From the NCBI GenBank assembly GCA_030295235.1, contig AP026135.1, positions 930,001-994,000 on the forward strand: 64,000 nt of DNA, in the 5' to 3' direction. This document shows, piece by piece, positions 36,870 to 49,153 of this stretch. Every line of letters begins with the position of its first letter. Position 1 is the first letter of the stretch. Source of the stretch: Fistulifera solaris (lineage: Eukaryota). Made by a program: the position numbers and the translations under genes. The notes under the pieces were generated by a model. It did no database searches, was not told where the DNA came from, and saw only the letters and a program-made list of their open reading frames with translations.

Positions 36870-37331
36870 ATGTCTGACTTTGAGGACTACAGTGACGAAC
36901 CCGAGGATGCGGAATTCTTTGGCGATGCTGCTGACGCCGGTGATGGAGAGGAAGACGACGATGATGATGACGACGACGAGGAAGAAGCTGAAATTGAACT
37001 CGGTGATGACGACACTGAAGATGATGATGAAGGGGATGCCGGCGAAGACTACGATGATGAGGAAGCCGATGGCGACGATGATAATGCCGAGGAAGGGGGT
37101 GATGACGATGATGAGGAAGATGATGATGATGAGGGAGTAGGAACACATACACTGGTTCAGCAAGAACTAGAACCTGACGATCCGGAAGATTATGAAGAAG
37201 AAGATGCTGGGGATGATGACGACGATGATGAAGAGGAAGTTGGCGAAGACGAGGACGAAGAAGCCGGAGTTGATGATGACGATGAGGAGGAAGGCGATGC
37301 ACCGTCGTCAAAACGACCACGGATAGATTAG
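36870..37331 (+). CDS. Highly acidic nuclear protein (candidate histone H2A.Z chaperone)
   Basis: 153 aa, 92 D/E by hand count; the only K/R residues form the C-terminal KRPR NLS; one non-acidic island GVGTHTLVQQ. Confidence 0.8.
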   Translation: MSDFEDYSDEPEDAEFFGDAADAGDGEEDDDDDDDDEEEAEIELGDDDTEDDDEGDAGEDYDDEEADGDDDNAEEGGDDDDEEDDDDEGVGTHTLVQQELEPDDPEDYEEEDAGDDDDDDEEEVGEDEDEEAGVDDDDEEEGDAPSSKRPRID

Positions 37332-37581
37332 AACACCAGTGTACTCTCGTACAGTGTAAACTTTATCACGTAACCTCATTCATCTTCCTTTCTCTCTAGA
37401 TTTCTTTTTGGTATCGCCGTTTCACTAGGTAGTATTAGCTGAGAACAAATCGTTGAACTTACTCATCCTTACAGCGTCAAGAGATTTTCTACAGATGCTT
37501 ATGTTAAGTTCTCTAGTGTATTTAAAAAACGATAACTTCTCGACAGCTTCTGGAATCTAGAAAACGGAGTAGGATTTATTG

Positions 37582-40500
37582 TTAACTAGAACCTTCGGAG
37601 GAGGGAGGAGGCTGTGTCGTACCAAGTTGGTCTGTTCCATCGCCAACTTCCGCAACAAAAGATGACTGTCCTTTGATATTCGCGTTGCTGGCATTGCCCT
37701 GAATCAATAGTCCAAGCTTATCGATCAAATAAGTGGGCCGTGATGGTCCGCAGACATCTGCAATCACTGTGAAAACAACGAAGGCAGCTACCGTTGCCTG
37801 AACGATTGTCAAGAACAAAACGACGGCGAATTTTACGAAGAAGGTAATGGTTGTAAAAAGCATGATAGCAGCGGCAGCAAGCGTTGTGAAGGCAGCCGCT
37901 AGGATAGATGGACCCATCACTATCAACGAAGACTTTGCGCGGGCGTGACGGCTGGCTTCACCAGGTAAGGCTGAGTAAGCATGGGAGAAGTGAATTACAA
38001 AATCGCAAGAGATCCCGATTAAGATGGAAACACAAATCGATTCGATGCTGTATGAGATAAACAAGGAAGCAGTGAGGAGAGGATAGACATATGCACAAAA
38101 GGCGTCCAGTAGAACTTACAATCCGAGCGTCCACCCTAAAGCCACCATTCCAGCAACAACAGACGCAAGGACATATGTGATTGCTATTCCAGAAAAGAAA
38201 GTTAGCACAAAGCTATGCGAAGAGAAAAGAATTACTGCTGCTCCGACGGCTACCGCCGTAGCTGAAGATACATAAGCTGAGCTAATCATGCTCGCGTTTG
38301 TATCAAAATACCAATAGTCCTCGGAAGTGAAATACATGCCCCCTATACCAGAAGGTGCATTTTTTTTCTCATTCTGAAACCAATTTTCAATCAAATTCCA
38401 CTCGCCCTTAGTAATGTCGAACTTTGTGTCAAATCGAATCCGGCCATTAAAGCGTGCGTACATGATTGTCACCTTGCCGTTCCGCGTCAGCACAAATGTT
38501 TCGCTGTATTCTTGACTCCAATTATGTATGCAGGCATGAAAACTATTCTCATCCATGGGTAGGCCATCGGCATTAGCACAGTGATCCAAATAGATTGAAT
38601 CGGTCGCATTCAATGGCAACGCAGACTGATTTCGAAGCCAGCTGTCAAATCGATCGATTGGACAGTCTTCATCTTCAGAGTCAGCGAATTCTTGGGAAAA
38701 GAGTCTTGCGCAAAAATCCCGCAAGTAAACTTGAGTTTCTAGCTGCGACGGTTGGAAAGTGTCATCTATAACCAGCTGAGTAAAAGAGGTGGGGTCGTTA
38801 TGATTGCCAGTGTCGGCTGGTTTAATGCCCCACACCACGTAAGTTGAACTGCCAGATGACCTAAGCAAGCTTTCAAAAGAATTTTCTCCCGCCAGCTCGC
38901 ACTCTTTTCGAATTCGTTTGATGCGCGAAGTAAACGAACATCTCCATTTTCAGGGGGTTGAACTTTCATAGCATAAATGATGCATACAACGAAAATCGCA
39001 CCGACAGCTGCAAACATGAAGTACCGAGTCGCGTGAACGGCCTTATAATATCTGCTCAATATTCCGTGAATCAAGCTAGGGCGCTCGTCAGAATCAACGA
39101 TTTTCTCCGGCGGGGGTCGGAAGCAGTTGCAACACAAGCGGTCAAAGCATCCTGATTTGTACCTTGATCTATCATAGATACACAGTGCAGGGAAGACCAA
39201 CAAGACGCAAAGCATGTAAGTCAATGATATCAGTAACCCACAGAAAACTGCAAAGCATAAAATTGGGGCCACGGGACACACTGCCGTTCCAAAGAAAGCT
39301 ATCGCCGTTGTCAGGCTCGTCAGAAACATGGCCAGCGCCGAGTCCGGAAAAGCGCGAGCCGCCACTTCACTCGTCTCAGCGTCAGGACCGAGCTGTATCC
39401 GAGCGTTCTTCCACTTATCAACTGCCACAAAAACATCGTCGCAGCCCAAAGCAAACACAACGAAGATGCCGATGAAGTTAAGGAATGGAAAAAACGTAAG
39501 ACCGCCAATAAAGGTGTAAACGAAATACGCCAACGGAAAGCTGATAATGATTTGCAAAAAGCCTATCAACGTCAAGAAAATGGATTGTGTGTGAATGAAC
39601 ATTGCAATAGTGGTGATCACAGCGCTTGCCGTTGCCAAAGCCATGTCTCTCGAAAGGGCGTTGTCGACTTCCAACTCGACGAAGTGTTCCTCTCGAGTGT
39701 CGAAAGCTCCCTCAATACGCTGCGTACCCCTGTCAAAGTTACCCTCCTTTTGGTATAGTTCATCAATGCTGTCACGATAGGTAGCGAAAATGGAAGACGT
39801 GTATCTAAGGGGCGACGCCGAGCCGTAATCAACGTCCACAAGGGTTACAGAGAATCGCTCAGGACATGGTTCTGGAAGATCCGCCCCGTCTATAAGAGGA
39901 TCAAAATCCGCCATTGACTCGTCCACGCATTCAAATAATGACTCTTGTAAGCTGGGATTTTGCTGGTTGTAGGTCACCCAATCATCGGCCAGTTTCACAC
40001 AATCCGAGTACAAACCATCGGGTATCGTGAGACGAACGTAGAAAACAAGTGAAAAGGGAGGCAGGCACCCACTTTCTCCACAGCCGAAACATAGACCGTT
40101 CTCTTCCAGATACTTCTGCGTCTTTTCTTCACTGAGACAAAAGTCTAAAAAGGTGTCATGATTCAACAAGACGTTTGGCTCGGAAACATCGTTCACTTTC
40201 CAGATCGGCCAGAGATGATCCCCGAAGATCATATCTTCTCCGTACCACGACAAGTCACAGTTGGAGATGACGCTTGTGTTGCTGACGGACTGTAGCTTCC
40301 GTTGAAATGCCGCCATGTTGATGGGCAAATGTCTGTCCAATCGGTCTTGTTTCTGCAAAGTATAGTCCTCATATTCCAGCACTGCCTCAAGTCTACGACG
40401 GTCGCCTTGTGTTTCCCATCCCGGTTGAACATTGTTAATTAATTCATCCCAAAATTCTCCGTCTTCATCTCGAAACAATCGGAGTCTATCGTAGAACGTC

Positions 40501-40895
40501 AGGATAAACTGACTGTGACGATTCGCAATCACCGTTCCTCTTGATGTCCATCCGGCGTTATTGACCGTCACCGTGAAATCTCCAACGATCATGGCAATCG
40601 CCGACAGGCCCAAGCTAATGAGGAAAGACGCCCAGAGATAGAGACAAGGACGATTCGCCACACGAGCGGCTTGACGCTCCCAAATCGAGTAGTCATCCGG
40701 ATGCTTTCGAGCGAGATAACTTCCCTTTTTCGAACTTCCTTCGACCTTGGTTTCAATGTCGTATTGCGGGCCTTCTTCTTCTATAGGTGCTCCGTGGATG
40801 CTTTCCATACTGTCAACACCGACCAAGTCGCCGCTGTAATTGGTAGGAATGGTCTCTAATTGTCCAAAGTCGGCATTTTTGCTAATGCGGACCAT
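37582..40895 (-). CDS. Dispatched/Patched-family RND sterol-sensing-domain protein, copy A
   Basis: FFPFLNFIGIFVVFALGCDDVFV..DKW, AMFLTSLTTAIAF, ILIGISCDFVIH, MGPSILAAAFTT. Intron 38048-38119; frameshift near 38870. Confidence 0.92.
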
Positions 40896-41728
40896 CTTTC
40901 ACGTAGATACTACACAAGAGAGATGACGGAAACGGCGATCTTTCAGTATTTCCAGTAAAAGAAGAAGCCGTTTTCAACCTTCTTTCTTCTTTCAACAAGC
41001 GATGGTTTATTTTTGTCATGTGCCAGTTGCGTGTTGGTTGGTTTGAGAGAGACACGAGGAAAAAAGGCCCAGTAGAACAAGTACGAATGAAACCTCGCAC
41101 ACTACTTGGTCTGTATCTGATGAGAAATATTTAGTAGCATATACTACATTGTTGTCCACAATGATATTTTTTCCTTAATAATAATAAAAGTCTCTATAGT
41201 ATAAAAAGAAAAGGTGATGCTACTTCTTTATAGTTGCAATTTCAATTTATTTAGTCAAGAAATTAGTCGAGACACGAGGTCGAAAAAATCAACGAAAACC
41301 TCGCGCACCTCAAGCTCAACGGCTATAAAACTGTAGAACCCAACACGCACGACTGTTCATTTCAAACCGACGCCGCCGTTTTCTAAGTGATGTGTCGCAC
41401 CAGGACCGTACTCCGGAAGTCAGGATTTTTCCTTTGTTCTTCTTTATTTTCACATTACTTTGTAATGTTTCAATCTGGCACTGTGCTTGCTGAGTGCTGA
41501 GCAAGCTCTCAAGTGATGATTCTGACAAATACAATACCCTGAAGTTCGGCCCTCTGGCCATTGGCCATGCGGAAAGATTTCTCCGATTGCGGTCTCTAAC
41601 ATTGTCAAATCTTCAAGTTCGCAGTTCTTTTTAAATATTCACAACAGTCACATGAGGTATTCGTACTCGTTGTTTTATGTTATCTACAAAAGTAAATCGG
41701 CAAACATGATAGGATGCGGTGCAAGTGA

Positions 41729-44700
41729 TCATTTCGACTCAACAATCGAAAGATGAGAAGACTCCTCGTCAGATGGAGCGGAATTCGATGCTTCTTCTGA
41801 CCCCTTCACCATTGACCACAAGGACTTGACGAAAGACGCCGGTTTTGACGGACCAAAAATGTCGGCAATCACTAGAAAGATGAAAAAGCTGGCCACTGTA
41901 GTTTGGATAATGGTAGAGAGCAAAATGGTCGCAAACTTCACAAAGAAAATGAGTGAAGTGAAAAGCATAATAACTGCCGCAGCGACGGTGGTAAAGGCGG
42001 CAGCTAGAATAGAAGGCCCCATCTCGACCACGGCTGTCTTCGTCCGAGTGCTTCGGTCTACGTCACCAGGCAACAAGGCATAAGCGTGCGTAAAGTGTAT
42101 CACAAAGTCACACGAGATTCCGATCAAAATCGAAAAGCAAATAGCTTCAAGACTGCAAAACCATCGGAGAAAGGACCTGTGAGGAAAAATTGGAAGCATG
42201 CTATCAGTAAACCGACATTTCGACACACTTACAAGCCCATGGTCCAGCCGAGCGCCACTAAACCAGCGGTGACCGAAAAGAGCACGTACGAAATCGCGAT
42301 GGTAGAGAATAGTGTGAGCATAAAGCTGAGTGATGTGAGAAAAATCACAGAGGCAGCTATTGCAATGGCAATCCCCGCGCCCACATAGGCTGTGCTGATC
42401 ATGCTGGCGCTTGTGTCATACCACCAGTAGTCATCTGACGTGAAGTACATCTGGTTGACACCTGACGGGGCGACATGGCTTCGCTCATTTTCGAACCAAT
42501 CTTCGATCAAATGCCACTCGCTTTTCAATTCGCTGAAAGGGCTATCATATCGGACCCGGCCCCGAAAACGAAAGAACATGATCGTGACTTGACCATCAAG
42601 CGACAAGACCCAATCTTTCTGATACTCTTGGCTCCATTTCGTCATGCAAGCATCAAAATCTTTTGGAGGAACAGGTACAGCTATCGCATTATTGCAGTAT
42701 TTCATGTACACTTGATCTTTCTGGTCCGCATCAACTTGCGATTGCAGCCAGCTATCGAATTGTTTCATGATGCAAGTCTCGTTTTTTATCGCGTCGGCAA
42801 AGTCCGTCTGGAAAATTCTTTCACAAAAGTCGAGCAAGTATATCTGGTTTGCTGTTTGAGACGGCTGGAACGAGCGATCAAGAACCAACTGTGTGAAAGA
42901 TGATGGGTCACTATGTTTTCCCGTATCAGCTGGTTTGACACCCCACATAACAAACACAGATGTGCCCGTTTCTTTCTGGAGCTCCTCGATTAGAAGATTC
43001 TGTCTCCATTCGTTACTTTTTTCGAATTCATTTTTCGGACGGAGCATCCGGACGTCGCTGCTAGTAGGGATCTCCATGCGAGATGCAAAGGCAGCACACA
43101 ACGCGAACACGCCCAGTATCAAAACGAGCAATCCGTAGCGATAGAAATGAATCAGCTCATGAAAGCAAGCCATCTGTCGTCGAATGAAGCTTTCTCGTCG
43201 GAAACGAGTATCATTATGCTCCTTAGCCTCTTCTTCACTCTCCTTCATTTTCTGCGTCAAAGTGGCTGCTTTGTCATAGATACAAAGCGCCGGAAACACC
43301 ATCAAGATACACATCACGTAGGTCGTTAAAATCAGTAAGCCGCAAAAAACAGCAAAGCACAAAATTGGGGCTACGGGACATACTGCTGTTCCAAAAAATG
43401 CCACCGCTGTCGTAAGACTTGTAAGAAACATAGCCAGTGCTGCATCTGGCAAAGCTCGGGCGGCCACTTCCGTCGTCTCGGCGTCGAGGCCGAGTTCAAT
43501 ACGTGCATTCTTCCATTTGTCAACCGCAACGAAAACATCATCGGCACCCAATGCAAACAGAATAAATACACCGATGAAGTTAAGGAATGGGAAGAACGTT
43601 AGGCCGAATACAAAAGTGTAGACGAAGTATGCCAAAGGAAAGCTAAGGCTGATCTGTAGCAAACCAACCACTGACAGTAACGGGGAGCGTGTATGAGTAA
43701 AGATGGCGATGGTTGTGATCACAGCACTTCCCGTTGCGAGAACCATGTCCGTAAACAATACTCTATTGATTTCGAGTTGCACAAAATGCTCGCGTTTCGT
43801 GTCATAGGCTGCCTCAATTCGCTCGGTTCCCTTATCAAACTTATGCACATTGTCGAATAAAAGTTGAATACTATCGTCGTCGATTTTCGTAGCGAAGATG
43901 GAAGACGTGTAAGTCAATGGATTCGAAGCATCAAATTTGGTATCAATCAGTGTCGGCGCAAAATGATTCGAGCAAGTGCTTGGTAAATTCAAACCATCCC
44001 TCGTAAAATCGTAGGACGTCTTTAGATCATCTACACAATCATATAGCTCGTTTTGGAAGTCGGGATTTTCGTTGTTGTAAGTCACCCAATCAGCTGCCAG
44101 CGTCTCGCAATCATTGTACAGACCATTCGGCACCGTCAGACGAGCATAAAAAATGATGGAATAAGGCGGAAGACAACCGTTGTCACCACAGCCGAAACAT
44201 AGGCCGTTGTCCTCTAGAACCGACTGTGTCTTTTTCTTCGCTGTGGCAGAGATCCAGGAATGTATCTTGACTGAGAAATACATCATGAGGTTCCGCGCCG
44301 TCTTTGACTTTCCACACCGGCCAGAGGTGACGACCTCCAAGCATACGTATTCCGTACCAACTTAAATCACAACTCTCCAGCACGCTCGAGCTTCTGGCAT
44401 TCTGAAGCTTTCTGTAAAAGTCTGAAGATTCTACTTGAGTATCCAGGTGCTCTTCCACTTTCGCTGAAAGACGACGTCGAACAGAAGATTCCCAGCCAGG
44501 TTGAATGTTATTTAATAAATCATCCCATACTTCTCCAGTCTCGTCTTGATGAAGTTTCTCGCGGTTGTGATAGGAAAGAATATATTGGGCGTGTCGTTCT
44601 GATATCATGGTTCCGCGTGAAAGCCATCCCGTTTGATCGACTGACACCGTGAATTCACCAGCGACCATCCCGATCACAGAGAGAATCATGCTCATCAATA

Positions 44701-44941
44701 ATGAAACTCCAAAGTAAAGGTACGGTCGCTCGGCTAAGTGAACCGCTCTTCGCTGTAAGAAAGAGAGCTCCTGTTGAAGTTTAAACATCATTTCGTTCAC
44801 TTCATCGTCGGGGCTCGCATCAGCTTCTTCCAGCGACCCCGACTCGCTTACGAACTCGGACGATGTCGAAGCAGTGTTCTTTCGGGGAGACACAGCTTCA
44901 CTTTCTCCTTCCATTAGTAACTTTGGCTTTATGAGTGACAT
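41729..44941 (-). CDS. Dispatched/Patched-family RND sterol-sensing-domain protein, copy B
   Basis: Same motifs (GADDVFV, GISCDFVIH). Intron 42153-42232 at the same codon as in copy A; frameshift near 44240. Confidence 0.92.
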
Positions 44942-47351
44942 GATTTAGCTGGATGTTTTATGAATGAATTGACCTTGTGTTGCAAAGAAGGAAAAGGGTG
45001 CTCCAGACAAAGAAAAAATGGAACCGTTCGTCGTTTTTGATGGGAGTTTCCAGTTTTCAGTTCACCAAATTTATTTGACCGTTTACAGTACAACGACGTC
45101 ATGCGAAACGCGAAGTCCGTTCGATCGCGGTCTTGTTTTTTGACTATGATTGTGTGTGTGTTGAGTTGAATTCTGTAGAGTTGTCTTGAAGATTATTAGT
45201 CGATAGATGACAGTACTAATATACTCCTTTGGTACTCTGGACTTCCGAGGCAATGCAAAGTGAAGCAAAATTTGTTCAATGAAAGTACTGTATCAATTGA
45301 TTTTATCTTTTATCTATTTGATTTAGTACAAAATAAATAGCACGGTTCATGGTTCATGTTTTGGTTTCTCTTTTCGCTTAGCTAATTGAGTCCCCTAGTT
45401 CTTAGCTAAAAACAGCTGTTAATGTTGGTTTCATGTCGTGTCTATCCAGTATCTAGCTAGGCCTTGAGGGCAAGGTAGGTCACTAATTATGGTAGCATGT
45501 AACATCACGAACAATTAACTGGAGTAGCGCATTATTTCGTGACATCGGAATCGACATCGTCCCAATGTTGCCAATGCATTTCACATCTCAGATTCAAGGT
45601 CTCCCCTCGGCCTCAGCAAACAACAACAGCACTAAACGGATGCTGGCCTGATTATCGGCGGTCTAACATTCTTCTCGTTCTTCCGAGAACACACGTTACC
45701 TGATGCTTGATCAGTGAGATATCCCGCTTATGGATGGATGAAAAATGTTTGTTACATCACTCCAGCTACTGTCGGTCGGTATTCATCAGCGACGGTTTCC
45801 GTCGTTAGTTTCATCCGCTTAGCTTTGCTACTGATGAAATCAAAGCCTGTTTTTTACCCTTGTGTTTGTCATCAGTAGATGCCATATCTCATTTTAACCT
45901 CGCCATTGCCCGTGCTCAAGCTTGTCACGTTCAGTCTTTCCAGTAGATTGCTAGCGATGGAAAACAGGGTCTCACTTCGCTGATCGATTCTTGTCCCCTA
46001 ATTTAGTCCATTGTGATTTCCTTCAAAGTATATTTTGTCTACGTTCAAGTACATACATGTCTGTGCAGTGCTATTTCATCATCGACACTGCAGGAAAGGG
46101 AAAAGGCCAAGACTTGAGACGAGACCGACAAAACCAAGAGAGCATCGTAAAACATTCAGATCTCGAGCTTCAAACGCTTTGCCAACAAACCAAGTGGGTA
46201 TCAAAGTTTCTAAAGTTGGGTTCCAGCAACCTAGACCGAGCACGCAGCTCTTAGGGGATGCAAAAACGACAGCCAGGACAGTACAAAGATCCAGTCCAGC
46301 AGCCCGCGGAACCAGAATGGTCCGCCTTATGCTAAACTTTCCCAAAGACTAGAACACCAGCGAGACGTTCTTCGCATCAACCATTCGGCGCCGTTCCGCC
46401 AATCTAGACGATTTGCCGTATACCACTGTTCATTTGACACTACTTTTCGCAGTCGCTACCACCATGGTTGGTTTGTTTATAATTGTTTGCAGGCAAGATG
46501 CAAGAAAAGTACACTGCCGTCAGAAACACAACGCTAATCCTTCTTCCGAAATGAAATCCAGACAGCATTCCGGAAGTAACATGGTTGAGATCGAAGGGAA
46601 TCTTCGCTTCTTCCGTGTATTCCGTCTGTGCGAGCACAGTTGCCACCTTCGGCAGGCATCGAAACGTTAGGGTTACGGCGCCTCTTGTCTTCCGCGTGCG
46701 TCCAAGGACTCCACGTACGAAGATTCGAGACTCTCGAGGGTGATTTCACCAGCGGTTCTGCTTTGAGTAATTGTCATCCAATGACACCCGGCCCAGCGTA
46801 GCGTTTTCATCATTGATCTACGCAATTTCCTTTCTTTGATACGAACATACTCAAGGACTCACCGTATTCTCTTTTGTAGACAGCTTTACGTTAGTCTGGG
46901 AAGACCATGACCACAAACGAATGTTTATTAAGATAAACATTGTTGAAGCAGCTGTTGTTGCCGTTTTTCGTTTTCAGCGCGTTGCTTTGTTGCTGTTGCG
47001 TCTACTACGTATAATTTTTTTGCACCTTTATGAATGCCGATGATTATTCTTCTACATTGAATGAGTGAGGAGTCATTGTTGACTGTATTCTCCTAATAGA
47101 AGAGAAACTCCGTTGGAGTACCGTTTCGGTACAATAAAATATCTTGTCTATGCCCGTGACACGTGTTTTGGTCATCGGAAGTCGGAAGTTTGAAGAGCAA
47201 CTACTTCTGCTTGTGAAACGGTCACAAAACCTCCACTCGACATTTCCTCATTGCGAAACAACGTAAACCTCTTCTGTGTTTAAAAACGAAAGAGTTGTAA
47301 TTCAGTCGGACGAGTCTACATTCTAAATTCTTCGCTGTCTCATTCTCTAGC

Positions 47352-48428
47352 ATGCGAGTTCCGACATTGCTTTCATCGCTTCTCTTTGGAAGTGCTATGG
47401 CTCAGTTGTCGGTGGCATCGACATCTCGACGGGGCGATCTCAGTAACCCTGATAAACAAAACATCCGCCTCATCGAATCCGAGCGGATCGTTGAGTACAA
47501 TAAACGAAATTATACTTGGCCTATTCAAAACTACAGTCCCAATACTCCGGGATGGAAAGATCTCATGGAAACTCGGTTTCGTCAAGTCGAAGAGCTCGAG
47601 GGAACGGGCGAGCGCTATGAAGGTTACATTCAAACCATCCATTCCGCCTTCCTCGTACCGAATTTCACCGAACATGGATTTGGACTAGCGCGGTGCCCCG
47701 AAACACTTCTCCGAGATTTGCGTGAAGGTATTCGTGAGGGAGCCAAAAATCCTCGTTTCGAAAGTCAGGTACCTGTCATTGATGGCCCGATCCCTTGGTT
47801 CGTAGACCGTCCCGACCTGACGGATCGAGTTCTTCATGATCTGCGAAATTATGCGGAAACATGGTCGGGCGTTGAGCTGACTCCTTACCGCGCTTACGGC
47901 TTTCGCCTTTACCGAAATGAAAGTCAACTTTGGATGCATGTTGACAAGATGCAAACGCACATTATTAGTTTCATACTGCACATCGACTCTTCGGATGACG
48001 CCGAGCCCTGGCCGATTTTTATCGAAGACTTTCATGGACGAACACATGAAGTGATTCTGACTCCGGGTGATATACTATTCTACGAAAGTTCCAAATGCTT
48101 TCACGGACGCCCTCGTAAATTCAATGGATCATGGTACAGCTCGATCTTCGTTCATTACTACCCATCGGATGGTTGGTTTGATCTCAATCATGAGCTAGAG
48201 GCGCATTTTGCTGTTCCACCGCGATGGGCGGAGAGTCCCACCCATCGCACCTCCGAAAAGTTGCAAATGGTCGGAACCAGCATGATGGAGCCGAACTGCC
48301 CGGACAATTGGTGCCGTACTCAGAATTCTATAAAATGGAGTGGTCCCGGAGAAGAAGGTTATTGGATCGATCCCCAATTTCAGAAACACGAGTTCAATCC
48401 AGTCTTTGGGGATCATGATGAACTTTAG
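47352..48428 (+). CDS. ER-luminal 2OG-Fe(II) oxygenase (prolyl-hydroxylase-like)
   Basis: Signal peptide; YGFRLY...MHVD...PGDILFYES..CFHGRP (HxD...H); C-terminal HDEL. Confidence 0.85.
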   Translation: MRVPTLLSSLLFGSAMAQLSVASTSRRGDLSNPDKQNIRLIESERIVEYNKRNYTWPIQNYSPNTPGWKDLMETRFRQVEELEGTGERYEGYIQTIHSAFLVPNFTEHGFGLARCPETLLRDLREGIREGAKNPRFESQVPVIDGPIPWFVDRPDLTDRVLHDLRNYAETWSGVELTPYRAYGFRLYRNESQLWMHVDKMQTHIISFILHIDSSDDAEPWPIFIEDFHGRTHEVILTPGDILFYESSKCFHGRPRKFNGSWYSSIFVHYYPSDGWFDLNHELEAHFAVPPRWAESPTHRTSEKLQMVGTSMMEPNCPDNWCRTQNSIKWSGPGEEGYWIDPQFQKHEFNPVFGDHDEL

Positions 48429-48619
48429 GTAGACATAATTTATTCATAAGTGCATCATTCGTATCAATAGCCTTTAAGCAAGGACACGATTTGATGCAGA
48501 CTAGCTGGTGTCATTCGGCTGGCTTTACTAGGAAAAGTCATGGGTTTGCCTTCCGCGGCATTTTGCCTTGCTGATAATTGTCTTCTATATTCACTATGAA
48601 TCCATAGTGTAAGCGACTT

Positions 48620-48885
48620 TTCTCCACGACTGCAATTCAGTCATGAATCATTGTGTTTCCGATCCAGACTGCTACCGAAGCTTCGTTCGTTTTCGTTGTA
48701 AAATAAGCTTCGTTTGTCATTATCATGAAGAAAATTCCTTCCGAAGCATTTGCAGTGCACGTCACGATGCTTCATGTCGAAGAGCCCTGCGGGTCGAGGA
48801 TATCCTTTTCACTACAAAGGCCAAAGTGTTGTTCGAATTTCGCCACGACTTCATTTCAGTCATGAATCAGGATCCTTCTAAAGCT
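48620..48885. repeat. Interspersed repeat with ~215-220 bp internal periodicity
   Basis: CCACGACTGCAATTCAGTCATGAATCA near 48625 and CCACGACTTCATTTCAGTCATGAATCA near 48843; aligns with 6475-6640. Confidence 0.65.
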
Positions 48886-49153
48886 AACAGCCATCAATTT
48901 CTTCTGGCTCGTTAGATGTATTTCTCAATATTACAATGCAAATACCATCAGCATTACTTGCAATGTAGGCCTTATTTCTTTGCGACGACAATAATCCTTG
49001 TGGCTTATCGTCAATCATCGCGTTGGAATGGGGGCCGCCTTTCTCAGAAACGTCGCGAAAAATGGATCTCCTTCGATAGAGTCCACTAAAGAGTACTGAG
49101 GGCGCGCAGATCGAGCACCTTGAAAACGTTTTTGACCACAAACCACAACCGCA

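Noticed and set aside
36831..37320. His/Arg-rich and hydrophobic ORFs on other frames
   Set aside because: Shadows of the GAY/GAR codons of the acidic protein.
45709..45878. Hammerhead ribozyme or C/D snoRNA suggested by CTGATGA next to a hairpin
   Set aside because: No stem II plus GAAA or correctly placed NUH site; no terminal stem or recognisable rRNA guide for a snoRNA.
45991..46780. Short ORFs in the intergenic region
   Set aside because: No recognisable motifs, mostly non-ATG starts, and no consistent exon chain.
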